A stretch of DNA of 59,130 nt, the filler included, from Sphacelaria rigidula (lineage: Eukaryota), in NCBI GenBank assembly GCA_964200075.2. It is 7 parts of 7 records of this genome, joined end to end, with 100 filler letters (N's around TTAATTAATTAA, not from the genome) between each part and the next. Parts side by side here need not be neighbours in the genome. Positions count along the whole stretch, not along the records: positions 1 to 8,362 come from CAXNAA020011386.1; positions 8,463 to 16,824 come from CAXNAA020011387.1; 5 more parts are not named here. One strand, given 5' to 3'. Made by a program: the position numbers and the translations under genes. Below the pieces are notes generated by a model. That model was not told where the DNA came from. It did not search any database and saw only the letters and a program-made list of their open reading frames with translations. The stretch's first letter is position 1. The number at the start of each line of letters is the position of its first letter. Of the stretch, positions 1 to 10,565 are shown in pieces.

Positions 1-147
1 GACTGCTTTTTGTTTTTTCACTTACTCACGCTTTCGAGGGTGAAAATCAGATAATTCGAAGATGAAAACCCACCGCATCGGGATTCGAACCCGCGCTCTC
101 TTCACCCTAACGGTGACAGTCGGATCATTAGACAAACCACCGAGGCG
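1..147 (-). mobile_element. tRNA-derived SINE, 5' part (truncated by contig start)
   Basis: Minus strand reads CGCCTCGGTGGTTTGTCTAATG...GGGTTCGAATCCCG (pol III A/B-box-like). It continues ...CTGATTTTCACCCTCGAAAGCGTGAG, alignable by eye to the copy at 50322. Confidence 0.65.
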
Positions 148-356
148 CAATTGTCATCATCAATTTCATATCTCATTCTCATTTTTTTTTCATGATATGA
201 CGGGGCATTGTGTGACAGTTATGCCCGGTGTAAAAATGATATGTGAGAGTTTCGTCTCTGGCGTCCGATTCGTAGATGATTTTGTCACAGTTGCGCCCGG
301 ATTATCAAGAATGGTCACGTGATATTTTCAATTTTTACCGTCGGGTTCATAAAACA

Positions 357-1068
357 GGATTTTATGAATTGTGGATGTTTTTTTTTGGCAAGGTGAACCT
401 TGGGCACCTTCATGAGCATCGAAATATTTTCGAAATGTAGATGCAAATGCACTCTCCGACCGTGTCGTGTGGCCTCGCTCATCCTCAAAAGCATCCATCC
501 GCAATTTTCAAAATCATTTGTTAATACCGAACAGTCTTGACCTCTGTCCATTCCCGTTCAAAATTATTGTTATTATTTATCAGAAGCCGCTCTTCACACG
601 GGGTTCTACAAATTGCGGGTGAAATTGTTTTCCGAGGATGAGCGAGGCCACACTCATCACGGCCGGAAAGTGGATGTACATGTTTGTTTTGACAATATTT
701 CACTGTTCGGACTAGTGCGACAATAAAAATAAAAACAAATCGGACGGACCATCGCCGGTTCGAATCATCAAATTCAATAGTTCTTGAGCCTGATTGCTCG
801 ATAACAAGAAAAAAGTTGACCGCTCGTCAAAAAGGCCTCCACGCAATTTTTGCGCCATTCCACGTGCCTGGGCTGCGCGTACCTGACTCGCAACGCTGTC
901 AGCAAAGCCCAAGGATTGATTCATACGGTACGAATCAATCACGTTGAAATCAAGTAATTTCCAGACGAACCATTTATTCGTCTGACCCGTGCAATACTTC
1001 GATGCTAGTGGTGAAGGTTCCCAAGGTTCATCCTACAAAACAAAATCCATCCGCAATTTGTAAAGTCC
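357..1068. mobile_element. Foldback element with nested inverted repeats
   Basis: Outer arms ~357-430 and ~990-1068 are diverged reverse complements (shared TGAACCTTGGG.ACCTTCA and AGCATCGAA). Inner perfect 20-bp inverted repeat GTGTGGCCTCGCTCATCCTC at 467-486 and 634-653. Confidence 0.6.
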
Positions 1069-1315
1069 CCGTGTTTCATCGAAGGTGGTCATGGATCATG
1101 GGGGGACATTGTTTTGCACGTGAATGGTTTTGGGGGAAAATTGCACCCGAATTGACCGTGAAATAACCCGGAAGTAGTATACCGACGAGGGAAATGCCTC
1201 CATTAGATGGCGTTCAAGATCGAAGCTCAAAGAGAGCATATCACAGAGCAGTTCTTTCGGGTAGACTCACTGGCTGGTTCAGTTATAATAGTACCGACCA
1301 CAAGGGAGGCGTAGT

Positions 1316-1605
1316 CATGATCTTGCATGCCGTCGTTATAAGACCGTTGACTTCGCTTCCCTACAAAGACGGGATGGAGCACGCCGGGTTTTCGCCGGAC
1401 CAGGATTGTGATCACCAAGCGCGAAGCGCCGTGATGTACTCGGCGAGTCGGAGGAAGGGCGGGCTGCATCCTACTAAGATTGTTCGGCCTGAAGCGTACT
1501 GGTTATCTTGCATATGGATGGCATATGGATAGCAGCCTACAATAAGCTGCTTCACCAGGTATCGTCACTTCCAGAGACAGCCACGGGTTACACACTGCCT
1601 CATGG
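1316..1605 (+). repeat. Dispersed repeat family A
   Basis: Core CCTACAAAG.CGGGA.GGAG.ACGCCGGGTTTTCGCCGGA.CAGG...ATCACCAAGCGCGAAGCGCCGTGATGT recurs at 7219-7445. Partial copies at 33865-33915, 42309-42368 (-) and ~58838-58980 (-). Confidence 0.75.
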
Positions 1606-2439
1606 GTGGCTAGCTGAAGATTATTGTGAGGACATTGTGAGAGTGATGATGATGTGTGGGAATAGATTCATCATCAATATCTCTTTGGCAGCTGTAATGT
1701 GCGGAAATAATCAATCATAATAGTAATGTGAGACAAACAGATTAATTCTCCGACTCTCTGGGCATCAATTTTTGGTATGTCACCTTTCTGTTCAAATCGA
1801 GACACTCCAGAGTATGAGTGTACAAAACAGATACGCGGCCGATGTCTGTCCCTCGTGCACACATTATCGGGAATGTCTCCTCGATTGGAGCAGAAAGGTG
1901 ACATGCCGTGAGTCAACGTCCAGAGAAATGAAGAGTTGATGTGGATTTCTCCGAGCTAGCCGAGAAGCATCACCCAGCGGACTGGGGCCCGCAAAATCTA
2001 TCCATGGCGGGAAATCGCCTGCGGGAAAGTTGAAATCCCCAGATATGTACAAGTGCAGATTTGTTCCCATAAAAAGCGGTTTTGTATACCTTAGAATATC
2101 GGACATGATCGCCTCACTATTGGCAGGGTCACTTGCTGTGCTTACAGCGCTTGCTGGCGAGCTACTTTATGTGGCAAGGTTTCGTAGGGGTGTAAAATAA
2201 CATGGCCGAAATCTCCGGCTCAACACTGTGCTCGCGAGGTGTTTGACACCGAGGAAAGTTTTGGAGGTGTCTGGTTTTTGTCCCAAAATGATGTGGTTGT
2301 GCCGCACGGTGGTGACTAGAATCGAAAAATTAGGTACGCCCCCCGACAGCGTTACTCATGTCGAAGGTTCAACTTGACGCTTTACTTAACTAGTTAGCTG
2401 GCATGAACGCAATGATGGATAATTTCCCAAGCTGAATAC

Positions 2440-2945
2440 TGCAAATAGGAAAACATCAACACTTTTACCATGCCTTTTTTTTTTCTCATAAGGCCGCTTT
2501 TTTATGCGTGGAAGCAACCACTGTCAGGAAACCCGCCTTTCTATAGCACGTTTTTCAACAGTTTTTTTTCCAAGCAGCACCCTTTCTCATGTGATCAAGA
2601 TGTTATCAAAATCGGGTAAAGAAAACAGCTTCGATGTTTTCTACGAGACGTGTGGGCATGATTTTTAAATTCTGGGGTGCGAGAGAGATACATCGCTCTG
2701 CTGTTTTTATCGTGTTGTACAGTCCGTACTGTATTGTGATATTTACTGAGCACGTGGCGGGCTGCATGACGCAAGACTTTAAATACGCGCACCGCCATGC
2801 TGTATACGCACTGACTTTTGAACTACCTGACGGTTGTACTTTTTCGCTGCACGGTAGTACTTTCCTGTGCGGATAACAAGGACAACAGTACAGATAGCGC
2901 GGTATTGTTTGTATTAACTATTGACTGTAGTACTACAGTAGTAGT
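2440..2945 (+). repeat. Dispersed repeat family C (copy 1)
   Basis: Collinear by-eye homology with the reverse complement of ~45990-46560 (CGTTTTTCAACAG, CTCTGCTGT, GGGCTGCAT, CACCGCC.TGCTGTA, CTGCACGG.AGTACTT, CTGTAGTACTACA). Confidence 0.65.
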
Positions 2946-3019
2946 AGTACGCATCTTTTGGTGTGTACAAGACTTGGGTGCATGGACAGTCTGTACTGTA
3001 CTGCATTGCGACTGTTGTT

Positions 3020-4000
3020 GGCAGCATGATGCATGCACAGAGCTCAACTACCCTACAGATACTGACTGTACGTACGGACTACGTAGTGACTGTACTCGTC
3101 ATCGACCCCCGCCCTTTGCCCATATCATGGCATAAAGGGCCGCCACGCTACTCGTGGGTGAAGACGAGGACGTATCACGCTGACTGCTCGTGAGCAGGAG
3201 CAGCAGCAGTAGTGATGGCAGCCAAACCAGCATGGGTGCTGTTGTGGGGTGTACAGGGGTGAACGTTGCACTGGAATTTCAAAATATTTTTCAAAAACTT
3301 GGTGCGATCGAATAATCGAAGAAAGTCATCCAAACACATCTTTGAATAAAACATACACACACATTTTCTGATCACATGAGAAGTGGATTTTTGGTCGATT
3401 ATCAGTAAACGTTTTGTTATTTATTTGGATTTTTTTATACAACCTCAATGGATCTCCTCAATATCATCCGGCAAACTTCGTGCCGTACGCGTCGGGTGAT
3501 TATGCTCCATATCTAGGGGGGATAACTCCTTCCTAGCCATGTATCTGACACGAACAAGTGGATGTGTAGTTGGTGCTTTCAATCGTTTGTATGCAGTAAA
3601 CGCTGGTGAACAAAACTGGAACAAGGCATCCCCAACAGCAGTCAATGCCAAGTTGCGAATGATGGTCGTTCAATACCTCTAGGGTTCTACCGATCATGCT
3701 AGTTAGATATTTGTATTTCGGTCATAGTATAGAAAAGTTCGGTGAGAGCATAATCGGTAAGAGCCTACCCTGCACACTCCACATGAGCACCTATGCTGGC
3801 TTGGCTGTCGGCATTACTGCTGCTCATGCTGCTGCTCGCGGGCACTCAGCGTGTTACCTCCTCGTCTTCCCCCGCCAGTAGCGTGGTGGCCCATGATCCC
3901 ATGAGAACAGGAGAGGGCGGGGTCGATGAAGAGCACACTCTGTACGGAGTCCGTACTGTGTTGTAGCGCACTTCAGCTCTGTGCATGCAGCGTGCTCCCA
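3020..4000. mobile_element. Non-autonomous element with long (~240 bp) diverged inverted arms
   Basis: ~3020-3260 and ~3767-4000 are reverse complements (TGCATGCACAGAGCT, TCATCGACCCC, CCACGCTACT, GAAGACGAGGA, CAGCCAA.CCAGCAT.GGTGCT) around a ~500-bp AT-rich spacer. Confidence 0.7.
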
Positions 4001-4182
4001 AGGTATTCTCAATACCTCTACGGGGACCGCGGTCATACACAACAATTAATCAACCATGGATGCCATGGCCGCCAGGATGGAGTTTTTCCACGCTAAGAAT
4101 TGTGGAAAGAGCAAAGGTTACCGAAGGTGTCGCTTCCCCCCCCCCCCCCGCCACCATAGTTGCAGTTAACATTTTTTTGAAT

Positions 4183-4231
4183 AGTGGTAGTAGTAGCAGC
4201 AGCAGCAGCAGCAGCAGTAGGAGTGATAGTT

Positions 4232-4294
<63 letters not shown>

Positions 4295-4296
4295 AT
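4183..4296 (+). repeat. Compound (AGC)n/(AGT)n/(GGT)n microsatellite
   Basis: Direct trinucleotide runs; they generate the poly-S/T/V ORFs in the ORF track. Confidence 0.95.
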
Positions 4297-5831
4297 AGTC
4301 AACTCTTGGTGTTATCATTTCCGCACATTAGCCCGACCTCTCGAATCCGTGGACACAGAGGTAGGCTCGCTTTGCTGTACCGTCACTACTACTGTATTCC
4401 TTACACGAGAAGAATCACTTCTCGAATGACTTATCATGACGGTCGGAAACAAAACAGAGTGAATTTAGAAGAGAGAGACGTCAAGAAAACAGAAGACGAA
4501 ACAAGAGGCGACCAATGTGGATGTGCAGTGCTGTGCGTTTTTTGTCTGCCAGTACATTAGTATTTCGTCAGCAACCAAAACAACGTTTATTGCAGAAACA
4601 ATTACTGCGAAAATGCTCTAAATGCCTGTCCTCTTCCTGTCTGCCGGTGGCTGAACAGCTCTAAACCTAGCGGACGATGGCAACAGCAGTGCGGGGAGAG
4701 CAGCGAGGAGTGCTCTGCGGACGCGAGAGCAGACGCCGATCGATGCTTACGCAACGCCACAGTGAGTACGGGCCGATAGTCTTACTCCACAAAGACCTGG
4801 CATGGTGTTAAAAAAATGACGTGAAGAAAACGTACGATGCAGCTGACAAAAGGTTGATGCTATGGGAGTGATGAAAGAAAATATTGCATGAAATGGAGGA
4901 GGAGGTTCGTTCAAGGATATGTGCTATTTTCCAGCCAACCAAACCGTACGCACATGCGCTTTTTTTGTCTTTATTTCCGCGGCTGTTTAATGTTGACACC
5001 GAGAGCGATTTGACGCCTCTGATGTGAAGCTGCAACAGAAAAAAAAATGTAGAGTACTTTGTAACGTACAGGCCTACTGCAACTGTGGTCCGTCCGACAA
5101 TAGTTGCATTAGGCCTGTAATTCACCCAGCATATTTCTCGTCTATTGCATTTATTGAATATATAATGTCCAGGGTGTGAAAGTATGGTAAGTAGTTTACT
5201 CCTTCGTCCAAAAAGTGGCTGGGACGCCTCCTCCTCCTCCTCCTCACCGCAGGGTCGTTTGACATCTGTGATGGGAGTGCATCCGAATGGTAGGGTGGTA
5301 GTGACCTGCAAACTGTTTTTTTTTTTTTACAGGTTGATGCTTGAATCAGGGAACACAAAGTGTGTCTGTGTGTGCGTTTATGTTTCGGTACCATGAACGG
5401 GGTCCGGACAGTGTCAGTAGTAATGAAGACTTTGCTCGCAGGATACTGCTTCGTCTGTCGCTCGTTGATCGCATGTTGATGGCGGGGGGCTTTGGACGGT
5501 GAGGGATTGAATCGAATGTGTTCGCATCAGAGGGTGACAGCGACAACATTATCAAAGAGACAAGTCGTAACTACAACTTTGAGTGATGCACTCAAGCGTC
5601 ATTTTGTTTTTTGCCCCGTGGTATCTTGATTTTTTTTCCCGTATCTACAGAATTTAAACGTAATACGCCTGAACTCCTGAAAACTGACTCTTTATTCTTG
5701 GGGTGTATTTCTTGCGTTATATTGTAGCATCCATCTGTCGCAAGTTTTCGAGAAACAGATATTCACGATGTGTGCGCTTTTTGTGTGTCCCTTTTATCGG
5801 CAGGTTTTATTCTATCTCACTTGCGGGATAC

Positions 5832-6494
5832 TGACGAGCGCTACCGCAGTGAAGTGGGTGGGTCGCAGTTCACTCAAGCACAAAAGCGTATGAGAGGCCC
5901 CGTGGTGTATAGCACACCAAGTGGCGCTGTACTTCTCGCCAGGCCTGAGCCTTCTCATCGTCGAACGCAAAGAGTTACATGCCAAGTAGGTGGGTCAGCA
6001 GACTTGGGGACAATATGATAATCCCTCATATCGCATGGTTGTTCGTTTCTGTCGTACAGGATTAGGGTTTAGGGTGAGGATTGCGAGTGAGAGACTCGAG
6101 TCGTTGACGTGAAAATGGTGGTGGCGTTCGTTCGGTGTGGACCCGCCGGTCCTTGCTCACGGGGTGTGACTTGGTAGCTTATTGGAATATGAACAGTACA
6201 CTGAGGTACACTGCTATGTCGGATTGTGTTATTGACTCTGCCCATGCCGTGTGGAGCCATTGTGTGTAGCGATTGATCAAGACCCTTGGGTTTATGGCCA
6301 CGAAATGTCTGACGAGAACTTCCCTTGCTCGCTGCTACGCCCATTGCTACTACTACTGGGGGGAAGGGTAGTTACGATTTATTCAGAGGCTTATTCAACA
6401 CCACCTTCGGTTGAATGGAGGTAATCAAAGGTCCGTTTCCTTGGCATTTTTGCTCTCTTTTTTTTCTTGGGCAGTTGCGTCAGTGGCGTAGTTG
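5832..6494 (+). mobile_element. Candidate LTR followed by tRNA-Ser-like PBS
   Basis: ...GCGTCA ends at 6482, then G, then TGGCGTAGTTG (6484-6494), the same CA-G-TGGCGT layout as at 31449-31431. A complementary TGACG start exists at 5832, but the left boundary is uncertain. Confidence 0.3.
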
Positions 6495-7090
6495 TTAAAT
6501 GGAGATATTTTCGTGTTCCGTGTGTGTGTTAACTGATGACCATGGTGGAGCCAGTTGGATTACGATCGTTCCGGCGAGACGGACTGTTGTGTTGGGACGA
6601 GAAGCCGTGCTTGCGCTGGGGTAGGTAGGTGCCCTGTGTCCGCAAAAAACAGCGTTCTCTATATAGCTGTCGCATTCCGATTTTCACAATGGTACTATTA
6701 CAGCATACAGTATGCAGCGACCATTTTCTTGTAAGTAAGGCATGAACGTCGTTATTTTTGGGGAAAACCCCACGTATAGCGTGGGTATGGTGTAGGGGTC
6801 TAGTATGGTACTTGTACGTACCACGTGCTTGCAGCCTCGGCGTTTGCAAATGTATCGAGCCCAGGCGGTGGTGTGCTTGGGCTTACGCAGTGTGATTCTC
6901 TTCTCTTCTCGGCAGCGCTGTGGTTGGGGTGTGCAGCCGTAATGCGTTCGAATGATTTCAATCCCATCGAGTCCCGATATAACCGGGCGGAGCCGCGTGA
7001 GATTATGTTGTGTTCCAGGGGTTTGCATCAGGTCTCTGAGGCACCCTAACCTGGAAATCCTGACAAATGCCGAAAACTGCCGTGGGGAGG

Positions 7091-7445
7091 GGCGTACTCA
7101 TCGTTGCTTGCCCTAGTCATTTGACCATTGGCCACACATCCCTTTTGAGACGTAGCTCCGTTCCCACCCACCTATAGGAGGGGGAGGGAGTTGCTACGCA
7201 GGTGTAAGGGGTTGCCCTCATGATCTTGGGTGCCGTACTGATGAGACCATGGACCTCGCATTCCTACGAAGCCGGGACGGAGTACGCCGGGTTTTCGCCG
7301 GATCAGGCTCGCAATCACCAAGCGCGAAGCGCCGTGATGTGTTCGGCGAGTCTTGTGAAGGGTAAACTGCATCTCGCTAAGATTTTTTAGCCCGTAGTGT
7401 ACTAGATACCTTGCATGTGGACAACACCCTCCAATGAGTTGCTTC
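7091..7445 (+). repeat. Dispersed repeat (family B motif followed by family A)
   Basis: GGCGTACTCAT.(T)GTTGCTTGCC.TAGTC at 7091 also occurs at 33678-33747 and 50600-50641. Family A core follows at 7219-7445. Confidence 0.75.
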
Positions 7446-8293
7446 ATGTCGGGGGGCGGGGGGAGGGGGAGGAATGGGGATGCTACGCAGCTTCCTGTTA
7501 TTTTCCGCAATATCGCTGGCATATTTCGCTGTTTTCGCGTGAGAAAAGACATGTCTGCACTTGGAGGCAGGCGGTGGTAATTGTTATGATCTGATACGTG
7601 ATGGCGGTATTGCAGCTTGCGGAAACGCTAGCACGCATTGCTTCACCCATGCCCTTCGTGGTGTATTTTTTTCTCAGACCTTGTGCAGACGACATTTCAG
7701 GTGTTGAAACCGCAGAAGCGATATAATAGCGGGGAAAATGTTATTTCGCCATCAAATGGTGACAAGAAGGGAGTGAGAAACGAAGCCCCGTGTTATTAGG
7801 GTGAAGAGAAGCTCGTTGTGTCGACGTGGACAGCCACGTATAGCTCATGCGAGCTGATCAGGATGTACTACTTAGTAAAACACACGGAGTTGTTCTGTGG
7901 TAGGTTCGTACCACCACGTGGAAGGGGAAAAAATCCCACAAGTTAGTGCTGCCGCGATACCCTCCTCCCAAAAAAGGCCACGAAATTGTTATGAAGAAAT
8001 GGCCACACAGCGCGTCGAGACAGCGGGTGGTTTAGAAACCAGGTCTTGGAGTTTATCGTTAAGATTGCAGGTGGTGGCTAGTGTCGGAAACCACATCTTG
8101 AAACATTTTTCGCAAGAATGCAGAGAAGAGCTGACTTCAAAAACTAGTTCTTTGGGAGTACTCTTTGAAGTATGCAGATACAGCTAGCTGGTGGCAGAAA
8201 CCACGTCTTAGCACCGCACATGTAGGTTTTTGCCTCGGTCCCTGATTCACTTTTGACCATAGATCGCGTGAGCATAAACAACGTGCTTTTTAC

Positions 8294-8362
8294 GAGTGAT
8301 GCTACGGTAGGGGTACAGAAATAATTTCTGAGATTAGAATTGTTAGGAGCCCCTTATCTCAT
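8294..8362 (+). mobile_element. Left end of MITE related to 30333-30590 (cut by contig end)
   Basis: GAGTGATGCTACGGTAGGG...CTGAGATTAGAATTGTTAGGAGCCCCTTATCTCAT matches GAGTGATGCTGCGATAGGG...CTGAGAGTAGAATTGTTAGGAACCCTTTATCTCAT. Confidence 0.75.
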
Positions 8363-8462
8363 NNNNNNNNNNNNNNNNNNNNNNNNNNNNNNNNNNNNNN
8401 NNNNNNTTAATTAATTAANNNNNNNNNNNNNNNNNNNNNNNNNNNNNNNNNNNNNNNNNNNN
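8363..8462. other. Artificial contig-joining linker
   Basis: N44-TTAATTAATTAA-N44, exactly 100 nt. Confidence 0.97.
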
Positions 8463-8504
8463 TAGCCTCTATGAAAAAAAAGTAAAGGCCCATTGTCTTT
8501 TTTA

Positions 8505-8576
8505 GGGTCTTTCTATTTACGTCAACGCTGACGTAACCTGTTACATCCGTCAACGTTGACGTAAATAGCAAGACCC
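8505..8576. mobile_element. 72-bp hairpin mini-MITE (GGG...CCC termini)
   Basis: GGGTCTTTCTATTTACGTCAACGCTGACG pairs with CGTCAACGTTGACGTAAATAGCAAGACCC (2 mismatches). Flanks TTA/TTT are compatible with a PIF/Harbinger-type 3-bp target. Confidence 0.55.
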
Positions 8577-10433
8577 TTTTTTTTATTCGGCACTCTTTTG
8601 TGGTTCTCCACACCAAAATTCGTCGTCAACCGCTAAATGCATCGATCGGGAGTTTCATAGATATTTTAGTATTGGCGCTATCTCCCATAGTTACAGGAAT
8701 TACTAGACATGGGGTTTAACCAACGAGAAAATATGGGCCCAAACTTTTGAGCAGATGGGCACCTTCCCCTCGATTAGACTATATATATGCGGATCACGGC
8801 CCAACTCGTCTGTGTCGATGAGATATTTTTGCTTTAGGAGCTTAAATTCTTTTTTAGGCTGGCCCAGCTCGTAGGCAGAAGAAGGAATTGAACCATATTT
8901 CGAAGATTTGGTGTGGATACGAAGGTTATAATTCTCCGGGTTCTCATCCTCAATGAAAAGCTCCACCCTCGATATCGATGATCAGCTGTTATTTTTTGTG
9001 TGTGGGAGGTCTGGCTTGTGATGCGGGCTTCGCCCGCTGATTCAATCAAGTAAATTCTGTCCAGGTACATCTTCAGTTTGCCTCTATTTCAGCACTTTGG
9101 CTGCCGTTTTCCCAGAAAAATAGGCTCCGCAGACTCCGATAGCACCTCGGAATATGGTGATCCCCGCTCGTTGAGGGAGTTTCAGTGCATGTCGTTGGCC
9201 GGGAGGGTTCCAGTGCACGTCGTCGTGCACGCGGTTTGGCCTTGGGATCGAGTGAGAAATTGCTCCGGTCCATAAATATATTATGCACCTTACCCTCAAA
9301 TTGACGTTCATGTTTCGCATGCGATAACATCTGCGCAAACACATGCTTTCTTTCCAGAGCAAGATCACCTCGGGGTGAAATGATTAGACGGTTGCGCTGT
9401 TGTTTGGTATATGCACTCTCGTAACTGTTCATGTGTGACACAGGCTCCTATGCATCAAATGGATCGCTCTGCTCGTGTGGTATACTGCTGTACCGAAGAT
9501 CACTCATGTACCGTACACATGCAGTATGCTCTCAGCAGTACGCATGCTACCCACCATCTGTTACCCGGAAACTCTCTTCATTATATGCCTTCTGAACCAA
9601 ATACATACATGGGTACGCATCCATACCTCACGATTTTTCTTGCTTGTAGCCCTGCCCCCCTTCGCACATCGTAGAAATGTAGCATATAGCCCACGATACA
9701 ACAGACGGATGAGACTTGGTCAATAGACGGTAGTACGACACACGTCCAACAAACGATATTTCCACACACGGCCATAATCCATAATTTTTCGATATCTTCG
9801 TGTTTCGGACCTGTTTCGGACCCGTAACGCCGAAGTATATACTGTACCAGTTTGTGAACACACACGACCGAGTGTTCCCCTCCGTATCTGCACATCACAG
9901 AGGACTCTGGTATTGTGGATGCTTGTGAGGGGACACGGTAGGTGGCGGCATTTTCTCCTGCAGTACTTGGGCTCTTGACAAATCCATATCCAGCATTTGT
10001 ATATAAATAAACCCCGGCATCTGGGCAGGCATACACGGGGATACCGTATCTTCTCGGTTGTTGCCGCATGCACGTCGTTTGCCCACGCTTGAGGTGACCA
10101 TATATAGAGAGCCGGGGAGGAGAAGCAGCAGCAACAGTCAGAAGCGCCGACAACCTTGCAGCTCAAGAACAGGGTGGTTCATCACCCTTTGGATGCATTT
10201 GCCCTCTACAGAGGCCTGCACGCTGCACAACAAGTTGACGGCTAGCTTCGCCGTCTCAGTTCTGTGGGTAGGCGTTTTGCCTGCTGTCCGGGCGTCGTGG
10301 GTAAGGGAGTTGGGCTTGTATTTATAGCGCCGTGCTTGCTTTTATGCTGGCACATTTGTGTGTACTCAAACAAAGGGTGGGCTGGGGCTGATACAGGGTG
10401 TGCTAGGGTGCGGCATCAGGCAGCAGTGGCAGC

Positions 10434-10565
10434 ATGAGAAAGTACCGGTTGGTCGCGAAGAAGGGCGAAGGTACATTCAGCGAGGTGCTCAAGGCGCAGA
10501 ATGTCAAGGATGGCAAATACTACGCCATCAAGTGCATGAAAAACAGATTCGACAGTATAGATCAG
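10434..10565 (+). CDS. MOK: MOK/LF4-like kinase exon 1
   Basis: ATG at 10434, [20 protein letters not shown]...FDSIDQ, donor GTATGG at 10566. Confidence 0.92.

Noticed and set aside
75..147. tRNA gene
   Set aside because: Has A/B boxes but no acceptor stem pairing, and shares a downstream body with another copy; interpreted as a SINE head.
3985..4560. Poly-Ser/Thr/Val ORFs
   Set aside because: Produced by trinucleotide microsatellites.
2127..5498. Possible small plus-strand exons near 2127-2179, 4659-4761 and 5441-5498
   Set aside because: Splice-like signals exist, but no unique phase-consistent product or recognisable domain could be built.
8407..8418. TTAATTAATTAA motif repeated at regular 8.46-kb spacing
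   Set aside because: Embedded in N runs; an assembly linker with stops in all frames, not biology.
9581..10153. 190-aa ORF divergent from the kinase gene
   Set aside because: Non-ATG start, no motif and no splice support.
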